Assembly (NCBI GenBank): GCA_048013815.1
Contig: CM106585.1
Span: 10,788,001-10,852,000 of the forward strand
DNA length: 64,000 nt
From: Setoptus koraiensis
Lineage: Eukaryota; Animalia; Arthropoda
Direction of reading: 5' to 3'
Below the pieces are notes generated by a model. That model made no database searches and was not told where the DNA came from. It saw only the letters and a list, made by a program, of their open reading frames with translations. The position numbers were made by a program, and so were the translations under genes. Below, in pieces: positions 12,301 through 25,704 of the stretch; position 1 is the first letter of the stretch; each line of letters opens with the position of its first letter.

Positions 12301-15300
12301 GAGACCGTCCAGTGTCAGGTGGATCTCTCTGGCTGGTGGGATCTGGGCCCGGCCCCGGCCCCCGTACCTAATCTGTAATCCTCTTAAAGGCAACGGGTAT
12401 TAGTTGTGCGTGTCGCTGGCTGGCCGCTCGCTGGCTGGCCGGTCAGCCAGAACAGGCGCAAAGAAGCGCGGTGCGGGGCCCGCCAGCGACGGGCCGGGTG
12501 TGAGTGTGTGTGTGTGTGAGTTATATTGACTGGTCACTTACCCGAAGCGAAAGTATTATTATCACTGTTCCCGTCTGATTTCCTATTGTCTTGGCCTGTG
12601 GCGCTTGGCTGCTTGTTTGCTGCTGTTTCGGGCCCCACCGAGGCAAACTCGAAGCTGCCCATTGTGTTGTGCTTGTGGGGCCCATCGCGGCCACTACAAG
12701 TGTAATTAACAGTGGCAGTCGGTTGCTGGTCAGTGTTGCGCGACACGGCGTTGCACGATTCGCTGCTGCGACCTCTAAATTGATTAGCGGCCGCGGATAC
12801 TTGTTCGCGTTGCGTGACCGTTTGGCCGTTGTTGTCGTTGTTGCTGTCGTTGTTGCTGTTGTTGTTGCTGTTGTTGTTGCTGTTGTTGTTGCTGTTGCTG
12901 TTCGGGCCATCAATGTGACGACGGCGGTCGCTGTCGTTGTTGTCGTTGTCGTTGTTGTTGTCGTAACTGTTGTTGTCGCTGTTGTTGCTAATGGCGCTTG
13001 AATTATCACAATCAAGATATTGCGTAATGAAGTAAGTTTTGAAAGATATGCCACTTATGTTGGACCTGTTCTCCTCCAGAATGTAACTGTGCTTCTTGAC
13101 GAGATTTCTGTTGTGCCGGCCATCGAGTTCAACGAGCGCCAATGCGTGCCAAGTTGTTCGGTCGGTCGGTCGGTCGGTCGGTTTATCCGTGGTTGTGCGC
13201 CATTTATCCAGCCAGCAATTGAGCCACCGGGCCACCATTTAGCCGGTAGAGGGGGCGTCATTTGGCCATTTGGCCATTTAGCCATTTAGCCGTTAGTTTG
13301 GTGGTGGTGGAGCGGTCATTTGGCCATTAGCGGCACACACAACCGAACAAGCAGAGATAACGGCAATGATAACAACACAAACAAATTGATACGTTAGACA
13401 ACGTTAGTGATGTAAGCGATAATCCACACGCTCGCCGTATATTTATACGGGGCGCCCCATTATCACGTGTGCACACTCTGGATGTGGATATCGTATCACC
13501 TGGCGGTGGATACGATAAGCTACAGCGCTACTCTGGCCGTGCGGCTAGAGTACGGCGGCATTACGTAAGCAATTACGCTGGCTCGCCAATATTACTTAGT
13601 GTCTGGCCTGGTGGATATCTCATGGCACTCATCCATGGGCCATATCAGAGAGCCATACTACATAGAGTGGATATCCACGGTGAGCACAGTGAACAGTGTG
13701 CACAGTGTACAGGTATATCCGCACACTCACCTGTGTCACACAGGTGAGTGTGCGGATATAGCGGAAACAGCTGACCAATTTGCATAGACTCATGTAGTGG
13801 CCGGCAATACTTACTGGAGGGTAAAGTCGCTTATGTGTATCTTGCCGCCGACTCCGTTAGTTTCCAATCTGTTGGCCAGCGTGGTGGTGTTGCCAAACAG
13901 CGAGTACCTGGGCACTCTCAGGCCCACAATTCCCGCCATTACGGGGCCCGAGTGGATGCCAATGCGCATCTGATCGCACACAAGCCGGCACAATCGCCAA
14001 AAGGCCAAAGTCGCCAGTCGCCGGTGTCCAGTTATCCGTTATGATAATGAGTGTGCATAATAGCATATTCATTATAATATTATAATAATGTTTGCGACGC
14101 TCATAGCGGGCGCCAGTTGGCAGCAACGAGCGGATAAAAGCCATTGATGGGGCCCACCGGCCGGCCGGCATTGATGTGTGTTGAGTGCGCCAATTGCGTT
14201 GGTGTAATGAGCGCGCGCCAATTCGGAATATCGGGATAACAAGCAGAGAGGGCAAAACACAAGAAGATGGGAGGGGGGGGGGCAGACAGCAAACAAAGAT
14301 TAAGTTAGATTTAATGAGTAAAGTGAAAGTTGCCCATTGATTGAAAGCGGGGGCCCCAGCGCCCGTTGCCCAGTTACGTTCAGTTACATGGGGGCCAGTC
14401 GCATTAGTTGGCGGCGTTGAGTGGGCCCGCTAAACGGCACAGGCGCAGGTACAGGTACGGGCCGCCAGGTGAGCGGATGGCCAGGCCGGCCAATTGGCCC
14501 AATTGACCAATGCGCCGGTTCGGCTTGCGCTGGCCAGGCCAAAGGGCCGGCCGCCTCATAAATAATGTATCGCACTAGCGTCTTTGGCACGGTGTTACAT
14601 AACACCACGCCAAAGTGGCTCGTCATTTGCGCCGCTTGTGCCATTTGTGCGCGCCCGCACCGCCAGCCGGCCCCGGCCCGCACCGCTGGCCCCGTGCCCC
14701 GGCCTAATACCTCGGCCCCCTCCCACCGGCACCCGAAATAGCCCCGGGTTCGGTGTTCGGGCGGAGGGGGGGGAAGGGGCCGCACTTGGCCTTGCCACGG
14801 TGCGCCGGCCGGAGCGCTTAAGCCGGCCGCTTGGTGGCCGCTGCTGCTGGCTTGTTGGCCAGCAGCAGCGCCCACGCTAACTAACTTGCGTTCGGCCTTG
14901 CGAGCCAGCGCCGTGACGCGCAACATAGCTGGTGGCTATCGCTGTGTTATAACTGTCAGAATGTGTGCGTGTGTGTGTGTCCAGGTAACACCACCGATTG
15001 CATTACGTAACACGATGATATAACAGTGCGTTGCTAACTAAGCTGCTGCGTTGCGACAACAACAACAACAACAACAAGCCAACAACGTATTACGTAACAA
15101 GCCAACAACGACTAGCTGTCGTTGTTACGTAATTGTATTGTTTGTACTGTCGGTGCAGTGTGGCAGTGTGTCGTGTCGCGCCACGTAACGTGTCGTAACG
15201 TGTCCATCAAGCAAGCCAAGCAGCAGAAATGTTGCTGGCTGGCTGGCTGACCGGCTGATGGACGCATTGCAACGCATCACTATCAACCAAACTCACCTGT

Positions 15301-18300
15301 ATGGGCTCGTTGTCTGCGGGCGATCTAACGCTCGCTATCACCTTCACCATGTCCAATCCCATTCTGACGCAACGGTCAGCGTGATCCAGCAGCGGCTCGG
15401 GCAAGCCGCCCACAACAACGTACGCGTCGCCTATGGTCTCCACTTTATATACGCCATGGATATTTGTTAAATTGTCAAATTGTAAATATAATGTATTCAA
15501 TAATCTCACTATATCTATGGGGCGCACATTCTCTGAGCCGCACATTTTTGTGAAGCCAACAATGTCGCTGTACAAGCACGTGACTAACTCAAATGATTCT
15601 GATTCAACTTGAACGCCCTGGCTCAACAATGACGCTATCTTGGCCGGAAATATGTTGTGCAATATTTCGTTGGTTCGCTGATTTTCCAATCTCAATTTTG
15701 AATCCATTTGCTTCAGATCGTTGCTGGCCTGATCGAGTTTCTCAATGAGATCGCGTTCCTTTTTGTGCGAATGACTTATCAGCATTAAATCACGCGCTCG
15801 GTCGTGCAGCGCAAAATCCGACATGCTGAGGCCGCATTGAATCAGCTGATCCAGATTATCTACGCGAGCCGAACACAAATACAGACAATATTTGCCGTTC
15901 AGCAGCATGATCATCTGACCCTTCAGTCGCAATCTGATGGAGCTCGACTTTAGCTGGAGCCTCTCGTCCTCGTGCTGCTGCTCTAATTGTTGCTGTTCGT
16001 CTAATTGTTGCTGCTCGCTCGCTTGTTGTTGTTGCTGTTCGTTTTGGTACCGCTGTTCACTGTGATGTTGTTGTTGTTGTTGCTCACTATGATGTTGTTG
16101 CTGATGTTGTTGTTGTTGGCCGTGCTGTTGTTGGCCGTGTTGCTGCTGCTGCTGGCTCGGTTGTTGCTGCTCTTGGGCCGAAGGGTGCACTGGGCGCTGC
16201 ACCAACAATTGGCTGCTCTCTAGCTGGACGGAAGCCCTCTGATTGGTGGTCAAGTTGTACCAGTAGTCGGCCTGGTGATCGCCAGGGGGCGCGCTGCCGG
16301 AAATGGGGCACTTTGGGTGGTGTGATGACGGTTGATTATGCTGATTACTGGCCGCCGCCGCCGCCGCTGCTGCTGCTGCCGGCTCATGGTGCTGCTGCCT
16401 ACTGTCAGCTGACTGATGAATGAGGCCATTGTTGGTGTTGGCGTTGGTGCAGGCGATCAATGATGGATGGCGTTGCTCGTCGTCATCGTCGTCGTCGTCG
16501 TCGTGAATATGATGCTGTTGCTGCGTTTGTTGCCTATTTGGATTCAGCACCACACACTGTCCAGACTGCTCGTGGTGGGCGCTCGTGGTCACTTCCGGTG
16601 TCATAGGCGCCGCTGTCGTCGTTTTGTGCTGCCCATTCCCAAATGACCTGCCCGACGCCAGATGCGCCGTCTGATTGGCATGATTAGAGCCAATTAAGTG
16701 GCTCTGTTGTTGTTGTTGTTGCTGTTGTTGTTGCTGTTGTTGCTGTTGTTGTTGTTGTTGCTGCTGCTGCTGGTCAACGTCGTCGCGATCTGATTGATCG
16801 ATTACGCCAACACTAGCAGCAGTTGTTGTTGTTGATGACGCAACAGCGTTGCTATTCCCAATTGTCCCGCCAGGTGACCGGTGCTGCTCATCATCATTAG
16901 CCAACAGTCTATCAGTCATTATTAGATTATTCGCCTTGTTAGTGTGCCCACCTGTCGCCCCTTGGGCACCCTGGTGGCCGGTGGCGGCATCGAGCATTTT
17001 GGCCTGTCGCATGCGCATAGCGGCCGCCGTCAGCGGACACATGGACGGTCTCTGCTGATAGAGTTGTTGTTGGTGCTGTTGTTGTTGGTGCTGTTGTTGC
17101 TGTTGGCCAGCCGCTGCAGCGTCGGTGATTGATGACCTAGTTTGACTGACTAAAGATGATTGATTCAACCTAGTGGCTAGCTCGTCAACGAATTGACTGT
17201 CGGTCAATTTGTTGTCGTTGTCGTTGTCGTTGTTGTTTGCTCTAATTAACTCTCGCTCTAATGGCGTCGATGCTGTTGTTGATGCTGCGGTTGTCGGCTT
17301 GCCCTGGTGCTGCTGCTCACCTTGTGGACTGAACAATTGCAATGCCATCTTGCGTTGTCTGTCGGCATTTAAAACTAATGGACGCGTCTTCACCACAAAC
17401 ACTTGATTGGTGTGATCGACAATTGACTCAAAGCTAGTGTCTATCTTTGGCCTAATTATCTTAAATAAATGAGTGAATTTAATACCGTTATTGCTCTGCA
17501 ATATTGACTCTTTCCAATATAAACTAGTGATTCGTAGCAACGATTTGCCCACTTGAACAATCTTGAAATCCCTATCAAATATAACGTGAAACGGAAAGGC
17601 GTCCATCATAATCTCTGTATTAATTATAGAATCGTTGACATTGGACGATATGAGATCGTATATGTTCGACATGAGGCCCTGCTTCTTTTTGGAGGCGGCC
17701 GTGGCCGCTTGTTTGCCCAGCTTCACTGATTCCACTGTCTGCAGAATGCTGGCTCGCCGATCCGACGACGCTGGCAAGTTGCTGTTGTCTTGCTGCTGCT
17801 GCTGTTGCTGATTATCCGACGCAACAACCATGTTATTGTCGGCACTGTCGGCGCCCGCTGTCGTGCAATCGATGTCGTCTTCGTTGGGCAGATCGTTGTT
17901 GAAACTTGAGCGCTTTCTGTCTATCTTGAGTATCACATGATCATCGTTTGAGGATATTTTGACATTTTGTCCGGCCGTGGTTGCTGTGGTTGTTGTCTCG
18001 TTGCATTCGGTTATCATTATGTCCGTTTGGAAGAACTCTTTGGCCACTGCCATCACTAGACCTCGCACAATTGGACTGAGACCCTTTCTCTCACTATAAT
18101 AATGCAAATACATTGAGCCGCCCGTATCTCTGGCCTGCTGTTGTTGCTGTTGGGCGCTTGTTGCTGCTGGCGAGGGCGATCTGTTGTTGTTGTTGTTGTT
18201 GTTGCTGCTGCTGCTGCTGTTGTTGTTAGAGGATTGGCTGTTGTTGTTGTTATCACATGGTTGATTTGGCTCTCTGTCGTTGGCAGCGCCACCCGTTGCC

Positions 18301-21300
18301 GTGGTGGCCAAGCTCGTGGTGACCCTGAAAGAGGGCGCCCGCATTCCGGGATAAATAGAGGCCAAGTGGTCGTGTAGATTGTCTAAATTGGTTAAAAAAT
18401 CGAACAGGTTACTGCCTAAAACGCGCAATATCTGATCGTAGCCATTCTTTTGGCAATAAATCAAAAAGTGCTTTCCGAATTCCTCCAGGCAAGTCTCCAC
18501 GCTGAGACCGGACACAATTGAGGCCGCCTCCACCAATTTAAAGGTCATGTCGTCCTCGTACACCTGATGCATGAGGAACGAGGCCCCGCACAGCTTCACG
18601 CCCGATATGTTGCTGGCGAGGGGCCGGCGTTAGTTTTCGCGCCATTGATTCGTTTCATTTCATCGAGTTGGGTTTCGTCGAGTTGGGTTTGGTCGAGTTG
18701 CGTTTGGTCGGTTCACGGTCGCGTAATTGGATGGACAGGGACAGGGATAAAACAGGGGCCAAAGGGGGCCAAAACAGGCACGAAACAGGGACAGGACAGG
18801 GACAAAACGGGGATACAACAGGGATACAACAGGGGTAAAAGAGAAAACGGTTAGAGAGCGATGATTTGGTTAGTGCGCAATCGGCAATTTCGTAGCTCGA
18901 GGCCCCTCGTTTGTTTGTTTGTTTGTTTGCTTTGTTGCTATATCTTGTTTTATTTTATTTTTTGCCTTGTTTGTCTCGGCCTCTCACTGTCTCTATATCC
19001 AGATATATATATGACTGACAAACGAGTCGCCAGAGTGTGCGAGTTGGCTGCCCGACACGACAACCGTCTCGGCTAGATTACTAAATGGGGTCAATGCGTG
19101 TCATACACGCGTGTGACAACAAACTTGGGCACGGCAAACACTGCAACGTTGCAACTGAAACTAACGACAGGTGCCCAATTGTTCACTGGGTCTACCACTG
19201 CCAGTCAGTTACGTAATGTGGGCATTGATTGGGGGCCAAACTGCAAACAGTTTTTACAGTCATTTTCCCTTGGCTCGCAAACTGTATGTGCAGAGCAAAC
19301 AATCTTTGTCTCGGTTGTCGTTGTTGCTGCCGTTGTCGTTGTTGCTGCTGCTGTTGTCGTTGTTGCTGCTGCTGTCGTTGTTGCTGCTGCTGTCGTTGTT
19401 GCTGCTGCTGTTGTCGTTGTTGGTGCTGTTGTTGGCGGCGTTGTCGGTGTCGGTGTCGTGGATGTTCTCGGCGTCGTATTGGCGACGAGAGCGACAGAGC
19501 AAACAACGCGCCTGATACAGTGATACGTGTCGCACCTACTAATGAATTGGGCACGCGCCATCATGGGCGTCGCGCCAGACGCTGACCGACATCATGTGGC
19601 ATCGCATAAGATATATATATATATATTGTAGCTTGCCAGTTATATCGTATATTACGTATCGTATATACGTTATATCGTGCGACAATTTACCGTTATAACC
19701 GGCCAATGCAACACCGATATACAAATAAACAGATTGTCAATTAAATGGACAAGCCGGCCAGACAGCCGGACGTGGCAGTCTGGCAGCCTAGGGCCGCTCA
19801 ATGGCCAAATGAATAAAAGATAGAACAAGTGCTCAAACGTAAGTGGGGCCCCACAGACGCGCCCGACAGTCACAATCAGTGTGGCCGGCGTGTATTCATT
19901 GGTTGTTCACTGGTCACTATTAATAGCTTATATTAATGTTTGCTCACTCTCGCTCACCTTTGCGTGGGCCCGAAGCTGAGCGAGCGGCCGGCCAGCCAGC
20001 GAGAGCGGCTGTCAGTGGGGCCCCGGCTCGCAGCGACTCTCGCAATGGCGCAAACAACAATGACACTAAGCGACAGTTATAACAGTTATAAGTGATATAA
20101 CAAACTGGCTAGACAGACAGACAATTTTGTCGGTTGTTGCGGTTGTTTGCTGAGCGTGGCTGCCGGGCCCCGAAACACACAGCCAGCACTGGCGCTGCCA
20201 GGCTAACAGGGCTAATGGGGCCAGTGGCGCTGGTCTCATTTGCATATTTGATGGCAGCAGCTCTCTGCTTCAATGGTTAACACGTGTGCAAATACCCGGG
20301 GTCGTGTTGATGAGGCAACAAACAGACACAGTTATCAGCAATCCAAGACAATCCATTGAAAAATCAAATACCGACACAACGAGGCCATTTTTGCACAGGC
20401 CAGCCAATCCATTGTTTGCCGCTCGTTTCGGCTATATTTGTCGGTATATTCGTCGGTATATTCGTCGGTATATTCGTCGGTATATTTATCGGTATATTTG
20501 TCGGTATATTTGTGCACCGGCTGGCGCCCGCCAAACGAGCCTAGGTGAGAGACGAGATTTTTCGCGGGCCCCAAAACGCGTTATTGCTACTGATATTACA
20601 CTGATCATAGTGTATATAATACTACTACGTGTACCACTGTTATTATTGTGTTACTTCAGTCATTCACTTGTGAATAACGGCCCCCCCCCGTAATAAGCGC
20701 GAGCGGGGCAATGGGGCCATTTGTGGGCGCTGAGTATGCCAGTTATTATGCCAGTCATAATGCCAGCCATCACGGCCGGGCCATTATGCAGTTATTGAGC
20801 CAGTTATTTTGGGGGCCAGATATGGGGCTCGGCGGTTATTTGTTGTAGTCGTGTGTTATCCCTTAAATGGCTCGCATCGGTGAGAACAACAATTGATGAG
20901 CCAGTTAGACATGATTATACTATTATGACGATACCGCTGAGAGCACTGTTTGCGCGCGCCCCACTAAAGCAGCTCTAGGCAACAACTGTTAGCTGAAGAG
21001 GGCCCGACTTTATCGCTGCTAGGTATGCCTCGGAGCCAACTGGGGCCCGCGCGCCGCTCACCGATCGAGCGGCCGTCCGCTGGCGATCCGCTAAACGTCC
21101 GCCGGCCATCGACTGGCCGACAGTGACCCCACTGCCATGCAGCCATCACTTATTTGGCTCAACAAACAAGTGCAACCAAGTGAATCTTGATTCTTGATAG
21201 CGGCCGCTGATGACACGATGCCCGGATAATCGTCGTCGTCGTCGGCGCGCTCGCCGAGCCGTCGTCGAGTCGTTAGCGGCCCGTTAACGGGCCGCTAGCG

Positions 21301-24300
21301 GGCTGCCAGCCGGGCCCGGCCCGATTGGCCCACTCACCGCTAACTAGCTCAACTGGCCAGCTAAATGGCTAAACTGAGCGCCCAAGATATTGATGGCCGG
21401 CGATGATTTGTGTGCCAGCCAGTGTTTGCCCAGCGCCGTAATGGAGTGCGTGTTACTCAATTATCTGTCCGTCGGAGGCCCATGGATCGCCGGCCACAGC
21501 CAGCCAGCCAGCCAGCTCCAGTGATCGCCAGTCGGCGACGGTCAGCGCCGGTCAGCGCCAGCCAGCGCCCCCTAAGCGCCAGCCATTCTCGATCCGACGG
21601 GCAGCTTCGGACGGGCGCGCCCGGCGCTGCATACCGGCCTCACGGCCACATATTTGGTGGGGCCCGTGCGCTATATATAGCAGCCGTAGATACTCATTGT
21701 TGTTGTTGTTATTAAATGGGTATCATCTCGTCTGTCATAACTGTCACAAGGCAATCAAGCAATCATTTTCGTTTTGGTCGCCCAAACGCGCGCCCCCGTG
21801 TTTGTGTGCGCGCGCCCAACCGATCACCTGACCGAGCTAAACAGGTTAAGTGATCTAAATGGAGTTGGGGCCCCGATATCACGACTCAACGCCGATAATC
21901 ACTATGCAATCAGGCGGCCAGTGGCTAACGTGCCAGTGGCTCGTTTGGGCGCTCGTGGGCGCACCGCTGGCCCCAGCCAACAGCGACCTACTGAGCGCCG
22001 CTTTTTACGTGGCTCATAAATTGGTACGTGGCCGCTTGTGTCGCTGCCGCTGCTGTTAGGCGAGCCTCTGCTCTGGGGCTCGGGGCCCCAATGGAGCCCA
22101 GCGATGTGAATGGTGCGGTCAAGCCGGGCGAACCGTATCGCACACGGAGGGCAATATTCACGGATTGCAGCGAACGCACCAAACGAGTCGAGCGCATGCC
22201 TCACCGGCGACTCGCGCCAACGGGCCCCACACTGAAGGCGAAAAGAGGCGCCCAGAGGAGCGATTGCGAGCGTCAAGTGAGCGGCGGCCCAACGCGCCGC
22301 TCGCCGGCAACGAGAGGCCCACTCGCCGGCAACGAGAGGCCCACTCGCCGGCAACGAGAGGCCGACTCGAACGCGAGACAACAGAGGCCACGAATAAACA
22401 TATATATGTATATATATAAACATATATATCTTTATATATAAATGTGAATGAATGCAAATATTATGAAAAGGCGAGTCAGCACGTACGCGACTTGTTATGA
22501 TTGCCGCGTGCGTGTGTGTGTGTGCGCGCGTGAGTGTGTGTGTGTGCTTTATTTGCTCTAGTGCCATTAGAGCCGGAGCGGCGGCGGCGGCGAGCGGGCC
22601 AAGATAGCGACGACGGCGATCGCTCGGCGGTGACTATAGCGACTATCGCGACTATCGCGACTATCGCGACTTTGGCGCAGTTCGAGTAGTGCAATAAGGC
22701 GCTAGGTGAGCTAGCCCAAACGGTGAGCTAGAACAACAATAACGGCAACTTGTAGTGTCGTTGGCGCCGCATTACCGTTAGCCAGCTAACAACGGGCAAT
22801 AATCAAGTGCCTGTTGTGCGTGTGTAATTTGATTCGCGCCGGGGCACAAAACAGAGTGGGCGACAGGGGGAGCCAACAATCGAGCCGCTAGAGAAACATC
22901 ATCATCTCGAGATCAACCGGCTCTGACTGACTCTGTTCCGTTGGCTGGCTGTCGGGCCGGCTGTCGGGCTGGCTCTTGGGCTGGCTGTCGGGCTGGCTCT
23001 TGGGCTGGCTGTCGGGCTGGCTGTCGGGCTGGCTCTTGGGTCGGCTCTTGGGTGGGCTCTTGGGTGGGCGCGCCCGGCCGGTGCAACAGCGCAGTCGGTA
23101 GCGGGTAGCCGGCAGCGGGTAGCCGGCAGCCGCTTGATTTATTTATACGCAAACACGCTGCCCGCTAGCGGAGCTAGGTGAGCTTGCCGGCAGCGGGGCC
23201 CCTATTGCTGGCAATTATTCAGTTGCTGCTGGCGGGCCACACTTGGGCCCCATCGAGCCTGGCTGGCGGCTGGCTGGCTGGCTCTTTGTCGCTGCTTATA
23301 TCTAGCCAAGCAGCTAGATATAAATAAATATAAACTAGCCTTTGCCAGTTCCACTTTATTAACCTCCATTTATTCACACAAACACACGCACACACACACA
23401 CACGCACACACACACACACACACACACACGCGCACACACACACACACAACGGTATTTGAAGTGACAGTGTGTGTAAGCAAACATTGTGACATTGTGTCGC
23501 ACCAACTTGGCCGAGTGAATTGCCGGTGAATTGCCGGGGCCCCAACTGCACACACACACACACACACACAAATTAATGCCATTGGACTCTGTCGGTCGGT
23601 CGCTCGCTCGCTGGGCGACAGACAGAGAGAGAGTCCAATGGCAGAGGGGCCCCCTCAAGTGACTTGAGCGCCGGCGAGCTGACTGGCGGCGGCCGGCCGA
23701 GTCCAATTAGATGAATAGAGAGCGGCGCAGTCGTGACTATAATAACGACAACACTTACGCTTGTGTGTGCCTCGTCGTCTATCTGTGCAAATCAAGCCAA
23801 CAACGACAACAACTTGGCCGACTTTTTTACTTAATCTACACACACACACGCACGCATACGCATTCCAAGACCAATTCACCTTGGCTATATTAACTATCCG
23901 ACTAGCCAAATGGGCGACTTGAGCTGCCGTCGAGGGTGCCCAGCGGCGCCACCGGTGAGTCAGCGCTCGACGGCCCCCGCTACGAGGCTTATTTATATAT
24001 AAATATCGCCCCAACTGGCTGCGGGCTCGCACTGGCTGCGGGCTGGCTCAATTTCCAAGTGGAGCGGCGCGCGCTTTTTAGCATACATCTGTCGCGCGTT
24101 GGGGCCCCATTTTGCTTGGGGTCGTTTTGGTTGCGTTTGTTGATTATTCCATCTAATGACATCTCCGCCAGTCAGCTGAGTATTAACAACTCGTGGCACG
24201 AGTCGCACGCGCCAGCCACACACAAACAAAGCCAGCCAGCCAGCGTTGTGTTGAGTTGAGCTCAGCCGAGTCGAGTTGAGCCGAGCCGAGCCGAAATCTG

Positions 24301-25227
24301 GCGAATTCGCCGAATCAGAATCACTCACTTTCAATGATTTTGCACCCGCATTCTGGGCACAATCTGGGCACAATCTGGCCGCCGCCGCCGCCAGGTAACA
24401 ACCACAGCCAACAACTGCGGGCAGGCCCACAGAGTTTTGGGCCCATTATCTGCATCATTACATGCGCACACAAACCGTGAGCCGGCGGGCCCCGCAAGCA
24501 AGCGCAACTGTGACCGGCAAATCCTATTTGCCGCGCTAAGCTGTTTCGCTTTTCATTTAACTCGCCAGCAGCGCGACAAGCGCTTGTGCGTTGCGTAACG
24601 TCGCTCTCAATATGCGACTCTCGACTCTCAAAATGTAACTCTCCAAATGGGCGCTCGCATTTTTCGCCATTGGCCCCATTCGCGCCATTGGCCCCGTTGG
24701 CCGCGTTGGCCCCATCAGCCGCGTTGGCCCGTCGGCCCCGTTGGCCCCGTCAGCCGCATAGACCCCGTCGGCCCCACTGGCCCCACTGGCAGCCGCGCCA
24801 CCAGCCAGCCGTGGCCAGTGATTTAAATTCCTTGCCGCTTGCCGCCCGCCGCCGACTTGCGATGCCGGCCATCGAGCGATTGTTGCGCGCTAAAAGTCGA
24901 GCGGGCCCCACTCGGCGCAGCCAAACACCTGTTTCCTGTTGGCGGCATCATTGGCTGGCGCGGCCGCTCGCAGAGCGCTGGCTCCACTCTAGTGGCGGGT
25001 AGTTGCGCGCTAGTGGCGGCTAGTTGCGCGCTAGTGGCGGCTAGTTGCGCGCTAGTGGCGGCTAGTTGCGGGTAGCGGCAGCGTCAGCCTGATGGCGTCA
25101 GGCTCAAACGGCAACGGCGACAGGCGTCTTGCCAGTTTGGGGGCGCTGCCGTCGCGACGACGAGCGGCGCTGGCGGGCAAGCGCGACAGAGGCCCTAATA
25201 AAGTTGCTTGCTCAACCGACAACAGCA

Positions 25228-25262
<35 letters not shown>

Positions 25263-25672
25263 AATAATGCAGCGAGCCAGAGTCGAACAGAGACATCAGC
25301 GCACAGCCAGACATTAGCCGGAAAGGCAGCGAGTTGACACACCGAAACATAGAGCGAGAAAGGGCAAAAAAGTCGAGTCAGTGCGGATAATTTAACATAC
25401 ACAGACAAAGTCTAGCCAATTGCAGCGAGCGCGCTGAATCGGTAACGGCGACACGGTGACGCAACAAACAACGGCCGACAAACGCTTCGCTTAGCTGGCT
25501 CGAGTTGTCGTGCGTGTGCGTGTGATTTTGTCGGTATCGCACACGCACGCGACAACAATCTTGCGTTGTTTGGCTCGCTCTGTGCAGCTCGTGCCACGCA
25601 GCTCGTGCCACGTATTATGTAGCTTGTGTTATGTAGCGCGTATTATGTAGCTGATCGTCTTGCTGCAACTGT

Positions 25673-25704
<32 letters not shown>

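Noticed and set aside
13199-13330. Cluster of GCCATTT (Pho/YY1-like) motifs suggesting a Polycomb response element
   Set aside because: It is explained by local tandem duplication of an 8-bp unit, which is pervasive in this region.
21902-22567. Long ORFs in intron 1 (21902-22567 minus; 22028-22441 plus)
   Set aside because: No recognisable domain; long open frames are expected in GC-rich repetitive DNA.
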